A stretch of 62,867 bases of DNA, filler included, from Octopus bimaculoides (GCF_001194135.2; 6 parts of 5 records of this genome joined end to end with filler, not necessarily neighbours in it); one strand, 5' to 3'. Shown: positions 11,791 to 24,008, counted from the first letter of the whole stretch. Notes: generated from the letters alone by a model not told the origin. Numbers and translations are program-made.

Positions 11791-14784
11791 TGTGGTGTGC
11801 GACCAATTGATACACTTGTTGTTGAATTAATGGTTTTTCTTCTTATTTGTTGTTTTTTTTTTCTGTCGCTAATGACTGTGCTGTCTTCGGTTTGGGATTT
11901 GCATTTTAATGTGGAATGTTTATGTTCTCACAACTGTCAGAAGTGTCTAAAATAAAAGTCATAAAACATATTTTAATGTGGAATACATATGATGTCAGGC
12001 TGTCACAACTGTCGAAAATAAAAGTCATAAATATTTTTTTTTAAATGAAATAAAAGTACACATCTGTAGAAAAGAAATATAATGATTGAATTTATACGAG
12101 ATGGAATGTTTTTATTATAGAATAGCAGACGAAAACTCTGCGTTGATTCAGGACAGTCTTTGAACAATAGTTCTGGAGAAGAAATATTTTCGCCATGCTG
12201 AAACTGACATGGGTTGATGACAGTGTACTCATGTCAGTGAGGACAATTTTGACACCAGATACGAAAGAGTGACGAAAATTTTGACAGCACGTAACAAACA
12301 GTGATAACAATTTTGACACCATATAAGAAAGAGTGACGAAAATTTTGACACCTCATAGCAAACAGTGAAGAAAATTGTGACACCAGATAACAAAGTAACA
12401 AAAATTTTGACACCAGATAACAAATGTTGTCAGGCTGTTACAACTGTTTAACATTTATTTTGGCACCATATAACAAGTAGTGACGAAAATTTTGACACCA
12501 GATACGAAACAGTGACGAAAACTTTGAAAATTTTCGTCACTGTTCGTTATCAGGTGTCAAACTTTTGTCACTTTGTTTTCAGGCTTCAAACTTTTTGTCA
12601 GTTTTTGTTATGTGGTGTCTAAATTTTCGTTACTGTTTCTTATATTCTGTCAAACTTTTCGTGACTTTGTTATCTGGTTTAAAAATTTTCGCCACTGTTT
12701 GTTATATGGTGACACAATTTTCGTCATTGTTTCTGATATGATGTCAAAATTTCCGTCACTGTTTGATATCTGGTGTCACAATTTTCGTCACTGTTTCTTA
12801 TCTAGTGTTCAAATTTTCGTCACGGTTTCTTATATACTGTCAAAATTTTCGTCACTCTTTCTTATCTGGTATCAAAATTTTCGTCACTTTGTTATCTGGT
12901 GTCAAAATTTTCGCCATTGTTTCTTGTCTGGTATCAAAATTTTCAGCACTGCTTCTTATTTGGTGTCAAAATTTTCCTCACTGACATGAATACACTGCTA
13001 TCAACCCATCTCAGTTTCTACGCTGTGAAGATATTTTTTCTCCAGAATTATTGTTCAAAGACTGTTCTGAATCAATGCAGAGTTTTCGTTTGCTATTCTA
13101 GAACAACAATCCATGTCGTATAACTTCGACTGTTATATTTCTTTTTTACAGAAGTGTACTTTTATTTCACTTTAAAAAATTTTTTATGACTTTATATTAG
13201 ATAGTTGTGACAGCCTGACAATATAAATATTCCACATTAAAATAATTTTTATGACATTTATTTTAAACAGTTCTGACAGTTGTGACAACATAAATATTCC
13301 ACATTAAAATACAAATCCAAAACCGAAAATATCTGGTTTCAATATTTTCGTCACTTTGTTATTCATCAGTTTATTAAATGGTGTCAAAATTTTCGTCACT
13401 GTCCTTATATGATGTCAAAATTTTCGTTACTATTTCTTATCTGATTTCAAAATTTTCGTCACTTTTTTTTTTTTTTTGTCTGGTGTCAAAGTTTCGTCAC
13501 TGATTCTTATCTCGAGTCAAAATTTTCGTCAGTATTTTCAAACTCCTACCAAAATTTTTGTCACTGTTTGTTATTTGGAGTCAAGATTTTCGTCACTGTT
13601 TATCTAGTGTCAAAATTTTCGTCACTGTTTGTTATGTGGTGTCAAAACTTTCGTCATTGTTTCGTATCTCCTATCAAAATTTTCTTCACTATTTCTAATC
13701 TAGTGCCATAATTTTTGTCAATGTATGTTATATGGTGTCAAAATTTTCCTCACTGACACGATCACACTACCATCAACACTTGTCACTTTCTACATTATGA
13801 AGATACTTTTTGTCCAGAAGTAATGTCAAAAATTATTGTTCTGAATAAACGGGGAGTTTTCGCCCGCTATTCTGTAACAACAACAATCCATGTCGTATCA
13901 CTTTAACTATTATATTTCTTTTTTAAAGAAGTGTACTTTTATTTCATGTTTTAAAACGTTCTATGACTTTTATTTTACACAATTGTGACAGCCTGACAGC
14001 ATAAATATTCCACATTTTTATGACTTTTATTTTAGACAGTTCTGACAGTTGTGATAACATAAATATTGCACATTAAAATAAAAATCCAAAATCGAAGACA
14101 ATATAATCATGAGCGAAAAAAGAAAAGAAGAAAGAAGAAAACCATCAATCGAACACCAGTGATCCTCCCGTTTACCGCAGCATCCAGTATGTGTGAGAGC
14201 GCAAAAGATTCATATAGACTGAGGCATCACAGATGAGGCAAGTACATCTAAACCAGGGACAAATTAAAACTATCTGATCTCTTCTCATCACTTTTGGATA
14301 ATCCCTCCGGCTCTAGAACCAAGAGGATATTTACCCGAGCCAGGCCTATATTTTGATCTGAAGTCGTGTGTTAAAACTAAAACGATTACAGAGTGGAAGA
14401 CACCCGTTAGACATTCAGAAACACGCAAAAACTGTTAACTTCACTTAATCATTTTGTGTTTGTTATATGCTGTCGAAATTTTCGTCACTGTTTCTCATCT
14501 GCCGTCAGAATTTTTATCACTTTGCTATCTGGGATAAAAATTTTCGTCACTGTTTCTTATCTAGTGTCAAAACTTTCCTCACTGTTGCATACTCTCAAAA
14601 TGTTCGGCAATGTTAAATGCTCTCAAAATTTTCTTCACTCTTTGTGATACGTTGTCCAAATTTTTATCATTCTTTGTTATATGGTGACAAAAGGATCGTC
14701 ACTATTTGTTACACGGTGTCAAAGTTTTTGTCACTGATTGTTATATGGTTCCAAGTTTTCTTCGCTGTTTCTTATATAGTGCAA

Positions 14785-15362
14785 AATTTTCGTCACTGGT
14801 TGTTCTATGGTGTCAAAATTTTCGTCACTGGTTGTTCTATGGTGTCAAAATTTTCGTCACTGAANNNNNNNNNNNNNNNNNNNNNNNNNNNNNNNNNNNN
14901 NNNNNNNNNNNNNNNNNNNNNNNNNNNGCAAAATTTTCGTCACTGGTTGTTCTATGGTGTCAAAATTTTCGTCACTGGTTGTTCTATGGTGTCAAAATTT
15001 TCGTCACTGAATGTTCTATGATGTCAAAATTTTCGTCACTGATTGTTCTATGGTGTCAAAATTTTCGTCACTGGTTGTTCTATGGTGTCAAAATTTTCGT
15101 CACTGGTTGTTCTATGGTGTCAAAATTTTCGTCACTGGTTGTTCTATGGTGTCAAAATTTTCGTCACTGATTGTTCTATAATGTCAAAATTTTCGTCACT
15201 GATTGTTCTATGGTGTCAAAATTTTCGTCACTGGTTGTTCTATGGTGTCAAAATTTTCGTCACTGGTTGTTCTATCGTGTGAAAATTTTCGTCACTGATT
15301 GTTCTATGGTGTCGAAATTTTCGTCACTGATTGTTCTATGGTGTCAAAATTTTCGTTACTGA
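14785..15362 (+). repeat. Homogeneous 32-bp satellite sub-array GGTGTCAAAATTTTCGTCACTGGTTGTTCTAT
   Basis: Near-identical head-to-tail units; interrupted by an N gap at 14864-14927. Confidence 0.95.
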
Positions 15363-16718
15363 TTGCTATATGGTGCCAATATTCTGGTCTATAACAAGAT
15401 TACACTGCCATCAACCCATGTCAGCGAGCATGTCGCAATTCGATCGACGAAAATTTTAACACCATATTGCAAACAATAAACGTTGAAGAGAGGTTAACGG
15501 TCTTTCTGAATTACTAACTTGTGATTTTTACGCAGCAATCATTTCTTGTTTATTGATTTGTTATTTGTTATTCTTGTTATTTATTATTACTGTTATTGTC
15601 ATATTGTCAAAACATCCGAGTTTATTATCGTTTTATCCGAGTTTATTACAGAGGGACAGAGAGGGGAGATGGAAGGAAGGAAGAAAGAAAGAAAGAAAGG
15701 AAGGAAGAAAGAAAGAAAGAAAGGAAGGAAGGAAGAAACAAACAAACATACAAAGATACTCTTTGTGACTTCGATTTCTCGGAAGAGAAACGACGTTGGT
15801 CTTTTGTTCTCCACAAGTTTTATGAATGCATGTGAACCTAGAAAGTCTTTTTTTCTGCCTTGTTATTGAATCGTGTTAAGACTTCTCCTATATTTATCGA
15901 ATTTTTTTTTCCGTAATTGCAATAATGAGCTTCATCAAGGTGAACTGCAACTTATTCATTTCTGTATTTTAAAATCAAAACTCGTTTCATCCCTGTAATT
16001 TTTTACGTAGACCAGTGCACATTGCATGTTTGTATACAAATTTTCCATGATATTGTTTTGTATGGGTATACACATCGAAAACCTTTCATTTTCATTATGG
16101 GAATTATTTTATTAAAATATTTTTTTATTGGATAATATAATGAGTGCGTTCATATTGTGTTATATTACTGATCAAAACCAATTTTTGTATAGAGAATAAT
16201 CTATACGGTGTTATGTTAAAGAATAACGTGGAAAAGCGTTCACATTATAAATTTCACTTTTATAACTTTTAGGAAAAACAGTTGAACGTTTGGCATTTGA
16301 AAAATTCATCGTAAAAAATTGGGTGGGGGCAAGAAGATGAACTCTCCCTGGTCAGCGGGGCCTTCTGCTTAAGCACACCTAAGCAAAATGGTAAATCCGG
16401 CACTGTATATATNNNNNNNNNNNNNNNNNNNNNNNNNNNNNNNNNNNNNNNNNNNNNNNNNNNNNNNNNNNNNNNNNNNNNNNNNNNNNNNNNNNNNNNN
16501 NNNNNNNNNNNNNNNNNNNNNNNNNNNNNNNNNNNNNNNNNNNNNNNNNNNNNNNNNNNNNNNNNNNNNNNNNNNNNNNNNNNNNNNNNNNNNNNNNNNN
16601 NNNNNNNNNNNNNNNNNNNNNNNNNNNNNNNNNNNNNNNNNNNNNNNNNNNNNNNNNNNNNNNNNNNNNNNNNNNNNNNNNNNNNNNNNNNNNNNNNNNN
16701 NNNNNNNNNNNNNNNNNN

Positions 16719-16773
<55 letters not shown>

Positions 16774-16862
16774 GAAAAAACAACAGACGAAGACAGGTGG
16801 TGTAAACAACAAATGGATGTATCAGTATAACGCTCGGGAATAGAGAATGTCTTTAACGTTTC
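16719..16862 (-). mobile_element. Penelope-like terminal repeat fragment
   Basis: Homologous to 24004-24110; retains GAAACGTTAAAGAC (hammerhead 3' half) on the minus strand. Confidence 0.55.
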
Positions 16863-18221
16863 GAATGCTAATGGAAAATGGAGACAAACACACAAGATGT
16901 TATTTAAATCATTTATATTACCGACATATATGTTTCGATGGACACATTAAAATTAACCCGGGCGCAAAAATAAGGTGGAATAATGTATCAATTTCATCGG
17001 GGTGAAGATTATAAATAACAGCGTTCATTAATAAGCCATGTTTACAAATGTAAGAAATTATACAATATATTCTATATGAAAAAAAAAGAAAAAGTGGACA
17101 GAGAACGCTAGCAATTTTTAAAATACCGTTAAGAAATTTCACGTTATAAGTCGAGAGAGGAAGAGCAGCAAGAAAGAAAGAAAATTCAAGAAGTAATGGA
17201 AGACTAAACAAATAGAAAGGTGAATGACAAATGGATAGAAATGATAAAGGGGAGAATAGGATGTGGAGATTGAAAAGAATAAAGTGAAAATTACAGATAT
17301 TATTAGGCAAAGGAGAGCAGATATTTGAAATCGATGAAAGTGTGTTTTTTCCAATGTAAACACATGTAAACACGTTCTTTATAGGTATTGACAAATGTGT
17401 GTTTGGAAAAAAGGAATAAACAGTTGTTCATCCGTACAAAGAGGGCAAATTTTTTTGCCCTCATCATAAGAAACGATCTGGACAACATTTTCCAGTCTAA
17501 AGTAAATTGTTTATTACAGTCTTTGAGATGCCAAATTAGTTTACTAATATATTTAAACGTGGAAAGATGATCAGCTATGAGTTTTTTTTTTGTTTGTTTT
17601 TTTCAGTGGAAGAAAGGCCAATATAGAAAAATTCTTTAGTTTCTGAAGTAACCTTGCATTCGTAGACCACGAGGCTCCGGCAGGGGATGGTGGCGAACCC
17701 TGCTGTATTCTTTCACCACAACTTTCTCTCACTCTTTCTTCCTGTTTCTGTTGTGCCTGTAATTCAAAGGGTCAGCCTTGTCACACTGTGTCACGCTGAA
17801 TATCCCCGAGAACTACGTTAAGGGTACACGTATCTGTGGAGTGCTCAGCCAATTGCACGTTAATTTCACGAGCAGGCTGTTTCGTTGATCGGATCAGCTG
17901 GAACCCTCGACGTCGTAAGCGACGGAGTGCCAACAGTTACATAATATGATCACCTTAGAGTGCCTATTTATCACGTTTTCCCTGGAAACGTGTGTAGCGA
18001 TGTATTAAATGTTTATACATTCCATCCAAGGATTATTATTATTATATTTATCCTACATTATATCGTTACAGCTTGATGCAACCCCCAAGAACTGGTTCAC
18101 CAGTCAGCATCATTAGACTGTGGCCAGCATAATGGAATAGGAGCTTTATTGGCATATTCAAAACGTTTCTCCATAAACGAATTTAAAATTAAACTAATGA
18201 AGAAGTTTATATTCTTTTCTA

Positions 18222-18380
18222 GTCTAGGCACAAGGCCCGAAATTTTTTAGGAGGTGCCAGTCGATAAGATCAACCCCAGTATGCAACTGATGCTTAATTT
18301 ATTGACCCTGAAAGGATAAAAGGCAAAGTCGACCTCGGCGGAATTTGATCTCAGAACGTAAAGACAGACGAAATTCTGTC
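18222..18380 (-). mobile_element. SINE family C
   Basis: Contains GGCAAAGTCGACCTCGGCGGAATTTGA.CTCAGAACGTAAAGAC (reverse complement of the family C core). Confidence 0.85.
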
Positions 18381-18476
18381 TTTTGAAGAGGGGTTTATAT
18401 TGTAGTGAAACTTTATTTCTTGTTTACGCTATAAACGTTTTTCTTTTTCATTTTTCGTTTTTTCTTATTTCTGTGT

Positions 18477-18509
<33 letters not shown>

Positions 18510-18639
18510 AAAAGCCTGTAACATTTACAATGACGGCATCTGATGTCTCCAAAGTTGCCGTTATTCGGGAAGTCTACGGCAATGAATATTTATAAGGAAT
18601 CAACGAGGGTTACACAATACAACGAGACTTCGGGTAAAG

Positions 18640-18905
18640 TTAAGACGATATTCTAGACATCAGTAAAGCATTTAATCTAAATCTGCCAGGAAAATCTTAA
18701 ACGTGTTCATTTTGAATGGAAAATTTTATAATCTGCTGTACCGTATCTTAGGCAATCCTAAAGATTAATTATTTCCTGGTCGTTGCTTTCAGGCTTTGAA
18801 ATAATATCTGTTGTGTTTTACAATGAGTTATGACGATCGAGTTTAGAAATTATCCTTTTCTATGTCTCTACGTGTTATAAATACTACAGCGATGACGACA
18901 CCAAA
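18640..18905 (+). mobile_element. Very old LINE RT remnant (CR1/Jockey-like)
   Basis: Motifs LDISKAF (about 18654) and a degenerate YxDD-like GATGACGACACC (about 18891); no open frame. Confidence 0.35.
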
Positions 18906-19104
18906 CATTAATAATTATTTTTTCCCCTCCGTTAATGGCCAGAGTCATATTAGTAAACTGAATGACGTCTGGAAAATGTAACTGCTGTCACTTACAGAAA
19001 AACTATTATTTTACCGTGAGAAAAGTGCTTTTGAACTATCAAGAGAAATTTGGCGATCGAGGATCGAATCCACGCTATTCCTGCATGAAGCCACTACATA
19101 TATG

Positions 19105-19176
19105 TGTGTGTATGTGTAGTGGAAGTGTGTTGGGCCCATAACTCAGAGGTCCGTAGATCGAAGCTACGCTCTGCTA
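19105..19176 (+). pseudogene. tRNA-iMet: Initiator tRNA-Met pseudogene (5' acceptor strand lost)
   Basis: GTGTAGTGGAAGTGTGTTGGGCCCATAACTCAGAGGTCCGTAGATCGAAGCTACGCTCTGCTA. Anticodon CAT at 19137-19139; initiator-type T-loop ATCGAAG closed by CGTAG/CTACG; TTTT at 19187-19190. The first 9 nt are replaced by TG repeat. Confidence 0.85.
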
Positions 19177-19195
19177 AGTGGGATTCTTTTGATAA

Positions 19196-19340
19196 GCGCA
19201 GGAGCGGCTGCTTACCAACCACAGGGTTCCGGGTTCAGTCCCACTGCGTGGCACCTTGAGTAAATACCTTCTACAATAGCCTCGGGCCGACCAAAGACTT
19301 GTGAGTGGATTTGGTAGACGGAAACTAAAAGAAGCCCGTC

Positions 19341-19409
<69 letters not shown>

Positions 19410-19625
19410 CGCGCGCGCGTGTTTGTGTGTGTGTGTGTGTGTATGTTTGTGTGCGTCTATGTTTGTCCCCCACCATCGCTTGACAACCGATGCTGGTGTG
19501 TTTACGTTCTCGTAACTTATCGGTTCGGCAAAAGAGACCGCTAGAATAAGTACTAGGCTTGCAAAGAATAAGTCCTGGGGTCGGTTTGCTCGACTAAGGG
19601 TGGTGCTCCAGCATGGCTACAGTTC
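19196..19625 (+). mobile_element. SINE family A+B composite with internal (TG)n
   Basis: Module A, microsatellite, then module B (CATCGCTTGACAACCGATGCTGGTGTGTTTACG...GCTCCAGCATGG). Confidence 0.9.
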
Positions 19626-19637
19626 GGGACGGAATTC

Positions 19638-19835
19638 CCTAACGCAAACCCTAAAATCAAGCCCTAACCGTAAACCTAACCCTAACTCTAAACCCTTCAA
19701 AATAAATCGCGCTCTCTGTATGTCTTTCGCTGTTATGACATCGTTTCCCTGTTTCTCTCCAACACTTTTTACGGAAAAGGCCGATCTTTGGTAAAGATCA
19801 CCGAAGACGCTTTTTACGGAAAAGGCCGATATTTA
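19638..19835. repeat. Degenerate CCCTAA tract plus a duplicated CTTTTTACGGAAAAGGCCGAT motif
   Basis: CCCTAA-like units at 19638-19700; the motif occurs twice, at about 19765 and 19810. Confidence 0.7.
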
Positions 19836-20454
19836 GGTAATCGTACCGAAAGATCGCCCGCTTTCTTTATGAACCAGTAATAAGAGGATTAGAATATGTT
19901 TTACTGTGAAAACAAACGAGTCACGAAGTGAGCAGTAGAAAAGATGAAGGGGTTTGTACAAGAGCAGAAGATAATAACAGACTGTCGGGTTGGACTGTGT
20001 AGTAATACTCTAATACCAATACGTACGAAAGACGGGTAAATACAAAACAGTATATCCGATAACCTGAACTTGCCGAATATGCCCCAAGTTCAATGGATTC
20101 AGGTGTACAACATTAGTTTAACACCTGTTGTCAATAAGTGTTGATTGGAAAGTAGTTTATTAGCAGAACCAGCGAGAAAATAACAGGTTAATTAAACCGA
20201 GAGAAAATTCTTGCTAAGATGACTGACTGCCATTTTGACGATGACTCTTAACCTAAAATGATGCCCTGTCACAAAAGATAAAGACTAGCTAATTACACCT
20301 GATCACTACCAGAAATTGTTTGTCTAAATGACTCGGCCATCAAGCCCAGGTAATTCCGTTCAGCATTAAGTTTGTGACACAGTTGATATTAGCTAAAACT
20401 GGTGTGGATTAGCTGGAAAATACAAAGAGATAGTGTGTGTGAGAGAGGGGGAGT

Positions 20455-20542
20455 GTAAACACACACATGCACACACACACGCACACACATATGTACATGC
20501 ATACATACAAAAACACATAAACACAGTTAGATAGACTGACAA

Positions 20543-20587
<45 letters not shown>

Positions 20588-20608
20588 CAAATAGATAGAT
20601 AGATAGAC

Positions 20609-20643
<35 letters not shown>

Positions 20644-20746
20644 TAGATAGACAGATAGATAGATAGATAGGTAGGTAGGTAGGTGGGTGGGTGTTTGGGT
20701 AGACAGACAGGCAGACAGACAGATAGAGAGGTAGGTGGGTAGACAA

Positions 20747-20781
<35 letters not shown>

Positions 20782-20890
20782 TACATACATATATGTCTAT
20801 ATTGTATATATAATACATACACACACAGAGCAAGAGAGAGAGAGGACAGAGAAAAAGAAAGAAAGAAAGAAAGAAAGAAAGAGGGATGTA
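20455..20890. repeat. Compound microsatellite (CA, GATA, GACA, TAGG, GAAA)
   Basis: Direct reading. Confidence 0.95.
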
Positions 20891-21869
20891 AAAAAAAGCA
20901 AAATCGAGAAAAAATAACAGAAAATATAAACACCAAAAAAATCAATTAACAAATAAACAAACAAGTAAACAAAAGCGTATGATTTAAACAACGGACCCCG
21001 ATCTAACGGAATTAGTGAGTTGGGGAGGGCATAAGTGGCGTGGTGTGTGTCGGTGAATTGCTGCATAGTGACTAGAATTGTCTTAGTAATTAAAACTTTC
21101 GTTGAGTGCTGGTGCTTAGCGATAATTGCCTTTTGTGTTTTTTGTTCTTTTTTTTTTCTTTTTTTTTTTGTAGTCTGCATTGAGTACAGTTTCTTTCTGA
21201 AGGNNNNNNNNNNNNNNNNNNNNNNNNNNNNNNNNNNNNNNNNNNNNNNNNNNNNNNNNNNNNNNNNNNNNNNNNNNNNNNNNNNNNNNNNNNNNNNNNN
21301 NNNNNNGGAGTTTTTCTTTTCTTTTCTTTTTCTTTTTTTGTTGTTCCTCGGCGGCCAAGTAGTAACCCTAGCATTAATACAATGTCCGTAGTGACAGTAC
21401 GAACACTGGTAGTTTCAACTAGTTTTCGTAATTGCTCACTGTGACCCTTCGTCCACTCCAACGCCCGCCACCCATGCCCTACCTACCTCCTCCTCTGCTA
21501 TTAGTACAATGTTGGTACCGCTGGCGTTGTTGATATTCTTGTCGGTCTTTTTATTTTTGTTGATGATGAAGATGAAGATGACGACGATGATGATGGTGGT
21601 GGTGGTGGTGGTATTGGGGGTGGCGGTGGTGATTGTGACAATGATGATGATGATGGTGATTATGATGATGATGATGACAATGACAATAACAACAATAGTA
21701 ATGATGACGATGATGATGATGATGATGATGACAAACGAGAGAACAAAAGTACAAAACAAGAAACAACAGCACTGACATCGGTCACACAGTTGATAGCTAT
21801 CACTGAGAACAACAGCGAAATCAGGGGGTACCTTTCGAATAAGTCCAGCATTCAAATTCCAGACTCAAG

Positions 21870-23345
21870 GCCATTCTGTAATGTTTGTGTGACTCTGGTT
21901 ATAAAAAGTTGCTATAATATGGCCAAAACATCTCCAAGAACACCAGATGTCTTTTTGCATGAGGGTTGGAATGGATAAACGGTTCCAAAGAACCTACATG
22001 CACACAAGAGAGAAATACAGGTATATGAAAATTTAAGTTCTTGGCTTATTAAAATTATCTCTGACTCTATAAACTGCAATTAAGAACAATTCCAGGAGGA
22101 AAATGAAAAAGAGGGGATAATGTTATGAATGAAGAATTCTTCAAAGCTGACATGCCGTAACAGAAGAGGTCAGGCTTATTGTCCTGAGATGAGTGGACAG
22201 TCATGGACACATGTTTCCCCCTCAGAAGGCATCATCAATATCACTGTTGTTCAAAATTATCTCCAGCATCCAAGGGACATAGACTTATGCAAAAAGAGTA
22301 GAACTCAATTATGGCCAAGGTAATTTGTATGAATTGAACAAAAAATATGAGCTAAGGGGGAATAACTCAGAGTAGCCAGTGACATGTATTTGAGCAACAT
22401 AGACAAATACAGGTATATTAAATACTATGCAACATAAAGTCCTGATTTATTAAAATTGTCTCCGCCTCTAGAAGATGTATCATAATTACCAAATTGCGAT
22501 TGAGATCAGTTTCATATGAGAAGGGGAGATAACTTCAAGAATCAAGAATTCCTCCAAAGTTGACATGCCATTAAGGAGAAGGATTGGATTATTCTCAGGA
22601 GTGAAGAGGGCAGTTGTAGACATGTGTTTCTTCCTCAATTGCTGACGGTCAAACAATTGGAAGACAGGGGCTCGAGTAGATAAATAGTTATAAAGGTTGC
22701 CGTTACTTGGTTGGGGCCACAAGTGAGCAGAGACATTAAAGCATAAGGCTAAATACCTTGTGGTAATTTTTTGATAGTCCCACCAAGGTTAACTTCTATC
22801 TTTCATCCTTTCACAGTTGATAACAAAGCACTGATCAAGGGTAACAGATTGGCAGAACTGTTAGAGGGACCAGCAAGATACCTTGTGATGTTTCTTATGG
22901 CTCTCTACATACTACTAGCAACATCTGCAATGACACTGGCTCCAAGCTGTATTGGCCCAAGTTGGTGGCCTTTCTTGTGGATAAAAATTGGTATCATGCT
23001 GAGAGGAAAAACCTGCATGCTTGGACAACTGCCACTCTTCCTCCTCAAAAACATTGTGCCCAAGGACTACATATATATGTGGTGATGTATGGTCAGTATT
23101 GACCAACAAACCACATGGTTTTTGAAGCATTGAAATGTATTGTAGAACAAGTAGAAAGGTATATTTTTCAACACATAAATACTGAACTGTACATATAAAG
23201 GATAAAATCCTTTTAAGAGCAGGAAAATTTGCCAGCAACCAGGCATGAGGATTGAACTCACACCCCTCCAATATTTGCCGGCAAATTTTTCTGCCCTTAA
23301 AACGATTTTATCCTTTATATATATACTGTTCAGCATTTACATATT
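21870..23345. pseudogene. CpG-depleted, decayed coding-like block with a diverged ~400-bp internal duplication; unidentified
   Basis: 9 CpG counted in 21901-23340. 22011-22240 resembles 22401-22640. Splice-like signals at 22021, 22413, 22471 and 22816. Confidence 0.3.
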
Positions 23346-23370
23346 GAAAAGTATATCTTTCTGTTTGATA

Positions 23371-23625
23371 TCATCATCATCATCATCATCGTTTAACGTC
23401 CGCTCTCCATGCTAGCATGGGTTGGACGATTTGACTGAGGACTGGTGAAACCAGATGGCTACACCAGGCTCCAATCTGATTTCGCAGAGATTCTACAGCT
23501 GGATGCCCTTCCTAACGCCAACCACTCCGAGAGTGTAGTGGGTGCTTTTACGTGCCACCGGCACGAAGGCCAGTCAGGTGGTACTGGCAACGGCCACACT
23601 CAAAATGGTGTATTTTACGTGCAAC
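23371..23625 (-). mobile_element. RTE LINE 3' UTR (5'-truncated copy) with (GAT)n tail
   Basis: Same sequence as the 3' ends of RTE copies at 26588 and 54908. Confidence 0.85.
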
Positions 23626-23747
23626 AATATATATATATATTACTCACGGTGGTGCACCAGCATGACCGCAGCCACTTGGCTGAAACCCATAAATAAACAA
23701 ATAAATATATCCATATATATATATATAGATATCCATATATATATATA

Positions 23748-23847
23748 NNNNNNNNNNNNNNNNNNNNNNNNNNNNNNNNNNNNNNNNNNNNTTAATTAAT
23801 TAANNNNNNNNNNNNNNNNNNNNNNNNNNNNNNNNNNNNNNNNNNNN
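23748..23847. other. Assembly linker (44 N + TTAATTAATTAA + 44 N)
   Basis: Identical 100-bp construct occurs five times in the window; artefact. Confidence 0.95.
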
Positions 23848-23874
23848 AGATTTCAGAACAATTATAAAGAAAAA

Positions 23875-23922
23875 GTCTCACAGCTGCTTCCAGGATATTT
23901 TATATATCCCTTCATCAGAGAC
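23875..23922 (-). ncRNA. Degenerate minimal type I hammerhead ribozyme motif
   Basis: Minus strand: GTCT-CTGATGA-AG-GGATAT(ATAAA)ATATCC-TG-GAAG-CAGCTG-TG-AGAC. Core CUGAUGA is intact, but A15.1>G and the cleavage base is G. Confidence 0.55.
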
Positions 23923-23973
23923 AGTGCGAGAAAATGGTTAAGCAATAGTTATTATAGAGAAGATATGAAATAA

Positions 23974-24003
<30 letters not shown>

Positions 24004-24008
<5 letters not shown>

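Larger units (their letters stand above)
10020..15430. repeat. Higher-order tandem/inverted repeat: ~32-bp satellite arrays alternating with a LINE 3' fragment and spacer
   Basis: Satellite unit GGTGTCAAAATTTTCGTCACTG(T/G)TTGTTAT at 10951-11260, 12240-12980, 13340-13750 and 14456-15375. Shared non-satellite blocks near 10050, 12100 (rc), 13000 and 13800. Orientation flips at about 11218 and 12526. Confidence 0.9.

Noticed and set aside
14785-15362. 32-bp repeats resembling a CRISPR array
   Set aside because: Units are head-to-tail with no unique spacers, there are no cas genes, and the context is eukaryotic.
20090-20310. Cluster of CAGGTG/CACCTG E-boxes
   Set aside because: Three hexamers in about 200 bp cannot be distinguished from chance without conservation data.
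23792-23803. TTAATTAATTAA motif recurring five times
   Set aside because: Always centred in exactly 44 N + 44 N; an assembler six-frame-stop linker, not biology.
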